Part shown: positions 44,216-60,569 of the stretch, in pieces
Position numbering within the stretch: position 1 is the first letter of the stretch
Layout: each line of letters begins with the position of its first letter
Source: the human T2T-CHM13v2.0 reference genome, Homo sapiens
Assembly: GCF_009914755.1 (NCBI RefSeq)
Contig: NC_060936.1
Strand: one strand, 5' to 3'
DNA length: 64,000 bases
Notes under the pieces: model-generated
The model's input: only the letters and a program-made list of their open reading frames with translations
Told to the model about the DNA's origin: nothing
Database searches by the model: none
Program-made: the position numbers and the translations under genes

Positions 44216-46201
44216 TATCTCTTTCATCAGAACTTTCATACAACTTTATTACGTTAAATATTTTTTTAAATTATAAAATAAAGGTATTCTCATTTGGACA
44301 ATTTTAAAGATGAAGTAAAATATAAGAACAAAATCTATAAAGAAAAATGTAAAAATAAGACATGCAGTTGAGTTGGAATTAAGGGTTTATTTCTAATTCA
44401 TTATGACACTGAAGCGCAGCCTGTGGAATAGAAGTTTTCCTAGGATCATTTACTAGGTTCCTAACTCCGAGAGGCCCAAGACTCTACCTTGTGTTCTCAG
44501 ATAATCTCACGCAGAATTGAAGTGAAATCACAGCTTGTCTAGAGGAACAGCAGAAATCTTCAGGGCAATAGCTGCTGGTTTTGGTGTCATTCTCCTTGTA
44601 GGGTTTCAATGTTCAATGAGTTTTGAAGACCTGCAGATTCTTTGCTTTTGTGCTAGTGCGAGAATGTGCTCAAATATTTTCTTTATATTGTATCCAGCAT
44701 TTAGTTGTTTCAATCAGTGGATCATTTAGTGTATGGAATCTGCCATAATGTTAAAAAATAAGGTGATCTTTTGTTCTTTTGTCTTGTTTGCTGTTCTATC
44801 TTTTATTCCTGACCTATTTCAAACATAGTTATTTCATAGTTTATATCCAGTAATTCTGATATCTGAAATTCTTGGCAGTCTAATTCCGTATGGTGCTGTT
44901 GTTTCTGTTGACCCTTGTCTGGGTGAGTCTTGTTTTTTCATGTATTTTGCAAGTTTGGATTGTGAAGTCATGGTTACTGGGACTTTGTATGTGAGAATCT
45001 TGGGAGGAAGCCATCCTACATGGAAGATTAAGACTTGCCTTTGTCAGGAAGCTCAGCCTTTTTTCATTCTGGGACCACTTTAAGCTAATGTGTTGGTTTG
45101 GGGTTTCTGGGATGACACATGTTGCATAAAATCAAATAGCCTTCCCAGGTCTGTGATGTGGTCCCAGCTGCAACTCCTGCCTTGCCAGGTCACAAGGCCT
45201 TTCTTGTTTCCTGTTGCTCCAGTGGCCACTAACACCTGAACCTCTTGGTTTCAAGATCAGGAAAGGCTCCAAGATCAGCCATGGCTTTAGCATCAGTCCA
45301 CTTGCCACCCTCCCTTCCAGCAATCTGGTCTGTTTAGCTTTCTATTTCCCTTCAATTTCTCCTTGTTTATTTCCTTTCCCTTTTAAATTTTAGAATGAAC
45401 AGATTTATCTGTTCAATTCCTCTCATCCGAGTATCAGCTCTTAGACTCTAATTTTTATCCTATTGTTCTGCTGTATTTTGAATAATTTATTTCTGCTTTT
45501 AGTTTTACTTTTTAAAAATTCTGCTCTCCACTGGTTTGTTTTATTGTTATCTTTGTTGTTATTCTTTGTTTTTCTTATTTATTTTCTTCAGGTTTTCATT
45601 TGCAAGTTTTCTGTGTCTTTCTCTTTTGTATGTCTTATGTTAGCATGTACTGGACATTTTTAGTTAGCATATATTATATATTTCTAAGTTAATTCAATAA
45701 TAAATGTATGTTATAATAATAAAAGATGAAAACATAATAAGCGATAAAAAATAAGTGACAGTAAAAAAAATAAAAGATAAAAAGGGACAAATCATAAAAC
45801 CTACTCTCATTGAAGGAGGAAAAAAGATTCATTATCTACAAATAGTAGATATAATATTCAAGAAATTTAAACTATTTATATATATATATCTGATATATTT
45901 CTTCCTTTCTGTCATTCTTTTTGTTGCCTTATTTATTTTGTTTTCAGACTTTTGCTATGTAGTTTAACTATTTAGACTATATTTTGTGACTGACAAGAAT
46001 ATGAACATTAAAAAATATATCACCTTGACATTTGAAAATAAAGATTTTTACATGGTTAACTCTATAACTATTTGTTCGAGCCAATTAATTGTATTATTTA
46101 TTTTCTATATTTTTTAATATATCAAAGGTAGAAAGAAGTATATTTTAAAAAGTCTCTCTCAACAACTGTATTTTTGTCTTTTTTTCTCGTATTTCAACTA
46201 G

Positions 46202-46202
<1 letters not shown>

Positions 46203-46240
<38 letters not shown>
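46203..46240. repeat. (TG)19 microsatellite
   Basis: Read directly. Confidence 0.95.
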
Positions 46241-46244
<4 letters not shown>

Positions 46245-47088
46245 GGGTTATACCATGCAGTCTGTTAAGGTTCATTATTTTCAAATCTTTATGGAGTATT
46301 GTGCCTTTTAATCATCTAAATCTTGAATTACATAGTATGTTACCTAAACCAATTATTCAATTTCTATTTATAGACAATTATAAATGTTTGAAGTAAATCT
46401 TTTAATTTTTCCCTATGAAAAATGGGGACTTCAAACCACTTTTACTTACTTTCATTCATTTAATCAAAAAATAATTGTTGATACATATCATATTTCTCTA
46501 GGCACTGTTAAAGTTGTAAAAAATAAAGATAAAAGTCCTTACCTTCTTGGAGCTTAATTCTAATGGGGGAAACAGGAAATAAAACAAAGTAATAAAACAG
46601 GTAAATAAAACAAACTTTCATGGATTTAAAGAAATACATTTTTTTTTGGCCACAACTTATCATCTTTGAGATAAGGATGCCTCTTAATAACTGATGATAT
46701 ATCATAGTTTAGTTGGACATGTCTTCTTTGGTATAATATTTTTAAAATGGTAAGCCTTGTAATTAGTGACATCTTAAATGAAATATCGTAGTGTGTCAAA
46801 TAAATGTTATGGGGAAAATGAGGCATATAAGGGGGATGGGAATTTCTGGATAAGTTTTGCATTAAACATATTTTGATTGATCTATAATATTTGTACATAT
46901 TTTGGGGGTACATGTGATATTTTGATAACTGCATGCAATGTATAATGATTATATCAGGTTAGCTGGGCTATCCATTACCTTGAACATTTATCATAAATAT
47001 TTCATTTTTAATAGGATGGTCAAGGGATGTTTTCCTGAGAAGGTAACTTTGAACAAAGACCTAGAGATGAGAGACTGAGTAGGACCAT

Positions 47089-50872
<3,784 letters not shown>

Positions 50873-50935
50873 TATGATGTTAGCTGGTTATTTTGCTCAT
50901 TAGTTAATGCAGTTTTTTCCTAGCCTTGATGGTCT

Positions 50936-51946
50936 TTACATTTTGGCATGTTTTTGCAGTGGCTGGTACTGGTTGCTCCTTTCCATGTTTAGTGCTTCCT
51001 TCAGGAGCTCTTGTAAGGCAGGCCTGGTGGTGACAAAATCTCTCAGCATTTGCTTGTCTTTAAAGTATTTTATTTCTTCTTCACTTATGAAGCTTAGTTT
51101 GGCTGGATATGAAATTCTGGGTTGAAAATTCTTTTCTTTAAGAATGTTGAATATTGGCCCCCACTGTCTTCTGGCTTGTAGAGTTTCTGCCAAGAGATCA
51201 GCTGTTAGTCTGATGGGCTTCCCTTTGTGGGTAACCCCTCCTTTCTCTCTGGCTGTCCTTAACATTTTTTCCTTCATTTCAACTTTGGTGAATCTGACAA
51301 TTATGTATCTTGGAGTTGCTCTTCTCGAGGAGTATCTTTGTGGCATTCTCTGTATTTCCTGAATTTGAATGTTGGCCTGCCTTGCTAGATTGGGGAAGTT
51401 CTCCTGGATCCTGCAGAGTGTTTTCCAACTTGGTTCCATTCTCCCCGTCACTTTCAGGTACACCAATAGATGTAGATTTGGTCTTTTCACATAGTCCCAT
51501 ATTTCTTGGAGGTTTTGTGCATTTCTTTTTATTCTTTTTTCTCTAAACTTCTCTTCTTGCTTCATTTCATTCATTTGATCTTCAATCGCTGATACCCTTT
51601 CTTCCAGTTGATCAAATCGGCTACTAAAGCTTGTACATTCGTCACGTAGTTCTCATGCCATGTTTTTCAGCTCCATCAGGTCCTTTAAGGACTTCCCTGC
51701 ATTGGTTATTCTAGTTAGCCATTCGTCTAATCTTTTTTCAAGGTTTTTAACTTCTTTGCGATGGGTTCGAACTTCCTCCTTTAGCTCGGAGAAATTTGAC
51801 CGTCTGAAGCCTTCTTCTCTCAACTTGTCAAAGTCATTCTCCGTCCAGCTTTGTTATGTTGCTGGTGAGGAGCTGCATTCCTTTGGAGGAGGAGAGGTGC
51901 TCTGATTTTTAGAATTTTCAGTTTTTCTGTTCTATTTTTTCCCCAT
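50936..51946 (-). pseudogene. L1 ORF1p, frameshifted
   Basis: ATG at 51946 (aaagatgggg); C-terminal peptide KGKPIRLTADLLAETLQARRQWGPIF...YQPLQKHAKM; indels near 51410 and 51468. Confidence 0.9.
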
Positions 51947-52444
51947 CTTTGTGGTTTTATCTACCTTTGGTCTTTGATGATGGTGACGTACAGATGGGGT
52001 TTTGGTGTGGATGTCCTTTCTGTTTGTTAGTTTTCCTTCTTACAGTCAGGACCCTCACCTGCAGGTCTGTTGGAGTTTGCTGGAGGTCCACTCCAGACCC
52101 TGTTTGCCTGGGTACCAACAGCGGAGGCTGCAGAACAGCGAATATTGCTGAACAGCAAATGTTGCTGTCTGATCGTTCCTCTGGAGATTTCGTCCCAGAG
52201 GGGTACCCGGCCGTGTGAGGTGTCAGTCTGCCCCTACTCGGGGGTGCCTCCCAGATAGGCTACTCGGGGATCAGGGACCCACTTGAGGAGGCAATCTGTC
52301 CGTTCTCAGATCTCAAACTCCATGCTGGGAGAACCACTACTCTCTTCAAAGCTCAGCTGGAAATGCAGAAATCACCTGTCTTCTGTGTCACTCATGCTGG
52401 GAGCTGTAGACTGGAGCTGTTCCTATTCAGCCATCTTGGAACCA

Positions 52445-52842
52445 CTGGGTATATTTTCAATAGCACCCACTCCTGGTACCAATTTACACTATTAGCCCAT
52501 TTGCACACTGCTGATAAAGTCATACCTGAGACTGGGCAATTTACAAAAGAAAGAGGTTTAATGGACGTTCAGTTCCATGTGGCTGGGGAAGACTCACAAT
52601 TATGGTGAACCTCAAGGAGGAGCAAGTCACATCTTATGCGGATGGCAGCATGCGAAGAGAGAGAGCTTGTGCAAGGAAACTCTCCCTTATAAAATCATCA
52701 GATCTTGTGAGACTTATTCACTGTCATGAGAGCAGCATGAGAAAGACCTGCCCCATGATTCAATTACCTCCCACTGGGTCCCTCTCAGAGCACATGGGAA
52801 TTCAAGATGAGATTTGGGTGGGGACACAGCCAAACCATATCA
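52445..52842 (-). mobile_element. THE1B 5'LTR (~52488-52842) plus first ~43 bp of the internal region
   Basis: ggtaccaatttac marks the internal start; LTR ends gccaaaccatatca; similar to the LTR at 47089-47444. Confidence 0.92.
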
Positions 52843-54371
52843 ATCACCACATGCAATTGTGCAGGTCATACATACTCTGCTTAATTTTAAGGCTGCCATT
52901 CATGCAAATTATGTGGAAAGCCTCACAACTGCACTCAGTGGCTATGAGACAGAGCTATGTAGATATCAAGAAGGGCATTCTAGGCAAAACTACATTATGT
53001 ACAAGGATGTTGAGTCTGAAGTGCACCCTGGCATGTCCAATCACAGAGTAAGTGTGAGGGAGAGTAGTAAATGAGACTGGAGAATTAAGTAAGGGTCAAC
53101 TTTATAGAGTCTTATGACCACTGTAGGACTTTTGACTTCTACTCTGAGATGGGAAACAATTTTAAGATGTGGAAAAGGCAACTGACAACATCTGACTTAC
53201 ATTTTCAAAGGGGTTCTCAGAGTCTAGATAGATTTTGAAGGTGTGTAGGACCAACAGGGTTTGCTAATGAATTACATATGGTGAGTAAGTGAAAAAAAGC
53301 CAAGGATGTTTCCAAGGTTGGGGACCTAAGCAATTGTTCTCACTCCTCTGTTTCTTTGTTTATATAGCCTATAGTTTAAAACCCAAATGGTCCTTATAAA
53401 AATTGTTGATAACATGTATTTTTAAAAAGTATTATCATTGATATTTAGACTCAGTTTTGTAACCAAATCTATTATTATGTATACATGTCACAGTTTAACT
53501 GGTTTAGTTCTCATCTGCTTTATTACTATTCTTGGGTTCATGTTTTGAACTATCTTTTGATTCCCAGGACTATTACCACATCTGACCTCTGCCCACAGCT
53601 TTCTACTCTGTAGTTTCATATTTGCAATTTCCATTTCGATATGGGATATGATGTGTAGGCAACACAAGCAAGAACAATGACTTTTTTTCCCCCCAATATC
53701 TATCCATATGATAGAGAATGGGTATGACAGAAAGATGACTACTTAGTTTTCTGCATGCAGAAAAACTTTGTATTTCTGAACCAGGGGAAAGATAGAAGAT
53801 GGAAAAGCGTCACATACCTACTTACAGGAAGGCAGGTCTGCCCTTTTCTAGGGGTGCAACTTGGGTAGGCCACTGATTTGGTCTTTCAATCTGGTTCCAT
53901 TGACTTTGTGGAAAATATATTTCCCTGATTCTGGAAGCAGAGTGATTATTTGGTCTTGTTTTCAGTGTTTCTGTTTATTTTTCTCTTGCTCTAAACCTTC
54001 ATATATTTTAGGGGGCGCTCATGCAATGTATGTGTCAGGGATAATTTGTTAGGCATTATTTTAAGCAGCATACAGTGCCTTTAAATTTCCCATTACTAGA
54101 TTAACAAGTTGCCTTGATTGGAGAAGACGTCAACTGAGAATAAGTTAACGTACAAAGGGAATATATTTCCATTGGATCAGCAGCGTTCTGACTTTTAATA
54201 ACATTTTAAAAGGGCACCATTGCCCTCACATAGAATTACCACATGGAACATTTGTGAAAAATGACGTCTTGTGTGACATCATATGTAACATCCCACTCTT
54301 TTCTCTCATATAGACTTTCGATTTGTGTTTCTCTTGAGTAGAATTTTAAAACAAAATCCCTCGCATATATT

Positions 54372-54780
54372 CTTTTATTTATTCATTTATTTATTATTAT
54401 TATACTTTAAGTTTTACGGTACATGTGCACAATGTGCAGGTTAGTTACATATGTATACATGTGCCATGCTTGTGCGCTGCACCCACTAACTCATCATCTA
54501 GCATTAGGTATATCTCCCAATGCTATCCCTCCCCCCTCCCCCCACCCCACAACAGTCCCCAGAGTGTGATGTTCCCCTTCCTGTGTCCATGTGTTCTCAT
54601 TGTTCAGTTCCCACCTATGAGTGAGAAAATGCGGTGTTTGATTTTTTGTTCTTGCGATAGTTTACTGAGAATGATGATTTCCAATTTCATCCATGTCCCT
54701 ACAAAGGACATGAACTCATCATTTTTTATGGCTTCATAGTATTCCATGGTGTATATGGGCCACATTTTCTTAATCCAGTC
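54372..54780 (-). mobile_element. 5'-truncated L1PA2-like 3' end
   Basis: tatactttaagtttta...gcgctgcacccactaactcatcatctagcattagg...; lacks the L1HS-Ta ACA diagnostic. Confidence 0.9.
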
Positions 54781-55084
54781 ATTTTGAAATCTAATGGAAG
54801 AATATTGTTTTCATCTGGACCAGAAAGTAAAGAAGCTTATCTAGAAATGTAGGATGCAACATTCGAACTGTGATGATGTGGTTTTGGGTAGTGCCTTGCT
54901 CTGCCTTGGTTGCTTTGTGCATCGTCATGTTGAGGTATATTTGTGGAAACTGCTGGTATCTGTGTTCATGTGCACTTCAGTGGAACACCAAGATGTATTG
55001 CCTCTGTGAACTTCCTAGAATAGCAGCTCTAAGAATGCAGCTTTTATAGTATATATAGGAATGGCCAATTCCTATATATTTTTG

Positions 55085-55720
55085 TATGTATTTTTTCTAT
55101 ATTATATATAGAAAATATATATTATATATAAAATATATATTATATTATATAATATAATATATTATATATATTATATTATATATATAATATATTATATATA
55201 TAATATATTATATATATAATATATTATATTATATATATAATATATTATATATATTATATATTATATAATATAATATATAATATATTATGTATATTATATA
55301 TTATATAATATATTAAATATATTATATAATATATAATGTTATATAAATTATATATTATATAATATATTATATATATTATATATTATATAATATATTATAT
55401 ATATATTATTTATATAATATATTATATATTATATAATATATTATATATATAATATATATATAATATATTATATATAAAATATATGTATGTGTATATATAT
55501 CCACATATATAGTTATATATTATATATAACATATATATTATATATAACATATGTGTATGTGTATATGTATGTGTATATATGTATAAGTATGTATGTATGT
55601 GTATATATGTGTGTGTATATATAACATATATGTATGTGTATAGATATAACATATATATGTATGTGTATAGATATAACATATATATGTATATGTGTGTGTG
55701 TATATATATATGTATGTATT
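55085..55720. repeat. ~630-bp TA-rich low-complexity tract grading into (TG/TA)n
   Basis: Almost pure A/T from ~55095 to 55482, then gtatat/gtgt units. Confidence 0.97.
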
Positions 55721-56217
55721 CTGGTATAAGTCCTTATAGGCAAAATAATATTGTCTCTTTTTAAATGTTGGACAAGGCTAGTGCCAGCCCATCAGGAAGG
55801 CCTAAAGCCTAGCCATCTGTTAACAGAAGGAAAGAAGTGCTACCAACTGAAGAGAAATGGCCTTGCACTGAAGGGAGTTTTCCTTAGGATATTCTAGTCA
55901 TCATTTGTGAGTTTTGCTTCATTGAACAATAAAAACAAAAGCTGTTTTATGTTTCATGTCCTGCTTAATCATGGCTTCAGAATTCTACAATGAAGAATTT
56001 CTTTTATGGGTGATGGTGGGTTGTCAATATTCTACTGAATGATATTTTAATATAATTTAAACTTAATAGGGTTATGGAATTTGCAGATGTATACCTAGCA
56101 TTGTTATTCCCAGATAACTTTGATAAAATATCTTAATATCTTATGGAAAGAATAAATAGTCCATGGTAGAAATAGAGAAAGTGATGAAGACAACTTACTG
56201 GTATTTCTTTGTTCTTC

Positions 56218-56572
56218 TCCAGGAAGGGCCATATGGGGTAACTTCTGGATGTTGCCATGGCATTTGTAAACAGTCGTGCTGGTGGGAGTGTCTTTTAGCA
56301 TGCTAATGCATAGTAATTAGTGTATAATGAGCAGTGAGGATGAACAGAGGTCACCTTCATTGCCTTCTTGGTTTTGGTGAGTTTGGCTGACTTCTTTACT
56401 GCATCCTGTTTTATCAGCAAGGTCTTTGTGACCTGCATCTTGTGCTGATCTCCTGTCTCATCTTGTGACTAAAAATGCCTAATCTACTGGGAATGCAGCC
56501 CAGCAGTTCTCAGCCTTATTTTACCCAGCCCTTATTCAAGATGGAGTCGCTCTTGTTCAAATACCTCTGATA
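56218..56572 (-). mobile_element. MER41 (B-like) LTR, 5' portion only
   Basis: gttgccatggcatttgtaaac...gagcagtgagga...attcaagatggagtcgctct...cctctga. Confidence 0.85.
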
Positions 56573-56763
56573 ATGTGACATGCCTGTTCCTGCTTTGCCT
56601 TCTGTTATTAGTAAAAGCTCCCTGAGGCCTCACCAGATGCTGAACAGATGTTGACGTCATGCTCCCTGTACAGCCTGCAGAACCATGAGCCAATTAAATG
56701 CCTTTCTTTATAGATTACCCAGCCTCAGGTATTCCTTTATAGCAATGCAAATGGACTAATAAA
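56573..56763 (+). mobile_element. MST (B-like) LTR, 3' half only
   Basis: gtaaaagctccctgaggcctcaccaga...gtacagcctgcagaaccatgagccaattaaa...ggactaat. Confidence 0.85.
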
Positions 56764-58649
56764 GGGCCTCTTCTGTGTATTGCAAGAAATTAAAAGAAAG
56801 AAACAAATTTTAATACAGTAGGGGAAATGACATGTTCTGTCCAAACCATGGTAGAAAACAATCAGAATCAATTTGTCTTGTCATTCCTGTCTAGTTGCTA
56901 AAGAGATTATTCTATTTTGTTGGTGGGGATTGGGGAGAGCTAATATTTTATAGTCTTTCTGTAGAATATGATTAATTTTCTTAAAAAAAACCCCAAAAAC
57001 TTAAGAGCTAGTGTTAAAAAATCTATAAATTACTTTTCTTTTTATTGTGTACTATAAGCAACTATGCATAATCTTCCACAAATGTCTTTTAACTTCTGTA
57101 ATATTTAATATATTAAGAAGTTATTTAATTTCAATATTATACTTTAAATTTTTAAAACCTAATAAATAACTCGACTAAGAAAAAAAGCATGTGCCATTGG
57201 ACACAGTGTGGCTTATTCTATTGTCAATATTAATTGGAAGGGTTGTGGGAATGGTCAAATTAGACCAGATTTTTCAAAATAACAGAAACTATAAGAATAA
57301 ATCATATTTACCTTTGGGAAGTATTGAGGTAAATGCTTAGAAAAACAAGGCCGTTTATTTCGTTATTCTTCGTTCTGAGTCTCTGTTGGTGCTTTTCCTG
57401 GCTGTCATGCCCTAGTAACCTACTGAGGTCTCAGGTGGGGAAGCCACAGTTGGCCAGCTGTTCTAAATAATCTGCAGAATTCATTATCTATCTGTGAACA
57501 GTGTTGAAGACTATAAGTATAGCCTTCTTTTAGAAAAACCTGTGCTACAAAGACTGAAACTCACAAGGCAATCTCACAGATCATTATTCACGCAATAGAG
57601 AACTTTTTTTTTTTTTTGGTTTACAAAAGGAATTACCCTGAGATCTCTGCAAAAATCAATATCCATGTGCACCAAAACACAAATTGACTACCACAATTTA
57701 TTTTGACACAATTTTCAGGAAGACTCATTGAGAAAGTAAGTACATTGAATTCTTTCTAGGGATTTTTAGAAAGGAATTTTTATTGTAATTGAAGAAATTC
57801 TCAAAATTGTTATTTCTGATAATTTTTTTTTTGCCATTCAGATCTTGGGCAGGAGTTTTAAGTCCAGATATTAAATATTAATGTACATTTCTCTGTTGAG
57901 TTGCTTCCATTACCAACAAAGGATGGATTTTTCTTCTGGAAAGTGATCGTTACAGCTTTTTAGTGGAATGCTTTACTGGTTTATAATATGAAAAGGAATC
58001 TTTGAATATTGGGTAGCTATTCTTATAAATGTTACTTAAGAAGATAGGGGATTTTCATATCTAAAACCTTAATATTGATGTCAATGGGGTACACACATGG
58101 GAATGTGAGCTATAGAATTGGGTCTTTTATTAGCAGTTACCTGATTGGAATACTTTCTATAGCCAGGTTTAAATCTCTTTTAAAGCAAAGGAAGATGATT
58201 GCCTTAAGAAGCTAAGTCAGTCAAGCTCAATAGGAGACTGTTTGCTGCACAAATAAATGCTAATGCTGTGGAATGTTATTTGTGGCAGTCTACTCCTAAA
58301 TACCTTAACTTTCTCTTTTGCTATTCCAAATGCTCAATTAAATTCTTCAGTTTTTTTTTTTCTTGTGGAGAATAACTTGAACATACAATTAGTTCCATCT
58401 GAAGCAAGACTATATTAACCTGTTATTTCTAGGCTGCATTTGTGTATTTTATATACTAGCTTTAAAATGATTCAATAATGAATTTTCAAATCATGACAAA
58501 GTAATTCTATTAATGCACTGAGATATGTGGTTGAATGAATGCCAATTTTTAAGGCAGTATTACATTATAATGGTTTCCAATTAAGATTTTCCTTACTATA
58601 AATTTTTTATAGCACTTTTTTCTGAATCTATTTTCATAGTTTATGCTAC

Positions 58650-59111
58650 TGTAGCAGGACAAGCCACAGACAAAACCCCTCAGACACCGAGTTAAAGAAG
58701 GAAGGGCTTTATTGGGCCGGGAGCTTTGGCAAGACTCATGTCTCCAACAACCAAGCTCCCTGAGTGAGCAATTCCTGTCCCTTTTAAGGGCTCACAACTC
58801 TAAGGGGGTCCACGTGAGAGGGTCATGATCGATTGAGCAACCGGGGGTACGTGACTGGGGGCTGCATGCACAGGTAATTAGAATGGAACAGAACAGGACA
58901 GGGATTTTCCCAGTGCTTTTCTATACAATGTCTGTAATCTATAGATAACATAACTGATTAGGTCAGGGATCCATCTTTAACTACCAGGCCCAGGGTGTGG
59001 CGCTGGGCTGTCTGCTTGTGGATTTCATTTCTGCCTTTTAGTTTTCACTTCTTATTTCTTTGGAGGCAGAAACTGGACATAAGACAATATGAGGGGTGGT
59101 CTCCTCCCTTA
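58650..59111 (-). mobile_element. LTR2 solo LTR (HERV-E/Harlequin group)
   Basis: Sense reads TAAGGGAGGAGACCACCCCTCATATTGTCTTATG...GTCCTGCTACA; AATAAA retained (58708-58713); imperfect TSD ctac/ctgc. Confidence 0.9.
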
Positions 59112-59829
59112 CTGCTACTGAGAAACCACACTAAATAGAAACAAAAATGGATTTCAAATAAGACCCAGGAGTAGGACTATGCTCATTAGAGATATAAGAA
59201 GATAGCACAAATGTATATCTTTTCTTATAAAGCCAGTGACAAGGAATTTGAATTTTATTGTGCTTTTATTTTATAAATTAAAGGACATTATTATTTGGAT
59301 AGTGCTTTGGAAAACATGACTTTATTTTGAAATGTTTTTTTTTTCTACAAAATGTTGAGTTAGCAGGTTTATGTGGCAATAGAGAAACAGAAAAATAATG
59401 CAATGAAGAGCCAGCTATCATTGAAAAAACTCTCCTTTTGAAAGCTTATAGTGGAAAATATGAGACAGTGATGCAAACGTTTTCTGTACATACTAAATTT
59501 ATTATAGAAATTATACATTATCATTTTATGAAATTAAAATCTAATCTTGAATTTGACGTCAAGGAGGGGAAGTTTGAATTGGAACACTATGCCCACTCTG
59601 TTTAGTAAGACTGAGGAACTTGATTCCTTTAGCCTCTGATGAAGGAAATTCAGTGCTTTATAGAGGAATTTAATGCTCAATGCAACCATGAAATTCTTAC
59701 ATATATATATATATATACAAAGCAAAACTTCTCTTTATAGTTTAGCTATGAAACTTAAATTTATGACAGCAATGTATACAATTGTACATATTTTATTATT
59801 TAAAGCAAAAATACCTATTGGTTAAGATT

Positions 59830-60555
59830 AAAAGAATCTTCAGAGAGAAGTGCGATGTGTGGACTTTGTTTGGATCCTAACAACCACATCTAAAAGGACA
59901 GTTCTGAGATAACTAGGGAAGCTGAATGTGGATTAGAATGTTGACAATATTAAAAAGATTTTTGAAAGTTTGTTGGGCATAATAATGTTGCAGGACTTTT
60001 CCTTAGTTCAGCTAAAGACGAGGTCCTTTTCCGTCCCACGACCATGAAAATTTAGGCTTGCAGATGGGTTGAAGGGTGAGTAAGACAGGGTTTTATTGGG
60101 TGAAAAGGGAAAAAAAGGTGAAACAGCGATCCTCCGCAAAGCCAGAGTCCCTGGTAGAACGCTCCTGCCCACAGCTTGAATTCCAGGTTTCACACAGGAA
60201 GAGGAGTGGGGGCCAGGCTCCTCCCCACGGCAAAGGGCGCAAACTTTCTTAGGCTCCACCGCAGTGCGCATTCTCAAGGCACTGGCCAGTTGGAGTTTTT
60301 CTGGGGACCCCCTCCTACCTGGCTGTCTCAATAATAGAATTGTGTTTAGTTTTTCTTTAATTTTCTTTCATCTGTTAGAGATAATTTGCCAGAGTATTTC
60401 TAGGAGAAATAATATGGATTTCAAATAATATAGCATTTTCTTTAAAATACTCCAGGAATAAACTTGAAGGGGGTTGGTAAAACAAGAACAGCAGAAAGTT
60501 GATTGTCAAAGCTGAACAAAAATGTATAAAATCTTTCATAATAAAAAGTTGAAAA
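59830..60555 (+). mobile_element. L1ME 3' end, split by the MER61 LTR
   Basis: tgtgtggactttgtttggatcct...tttaaaatactccag...gttgattgtcaaagctg. Confidence 0.6.
59986..60330 (-). mobile_element. MER61(A-like) solo LTR (ERV1)
   Basis: Sense reads TGAGACAGCCAGG...GAACTAAGGAAAAGTCCTGCAACA; perfect 4-bp TSD ATAA (59982-59985 / 60331-60334). Confidence 0.85.
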
Positions 60556-60569
60556 AAGTAAAGTATTTA

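Noticed and set aside
55422-55764. Tyr/Ile/His-rich ORFs
   Set aside because: Translations of TA/TG microsatellite.
57700-57745. Possible 17-nt microexon (ttttcag...gtaagt)
   Set aside because: Weak polypyrimidine tract, not frame-preserving, and no supporting neighbouring exons.
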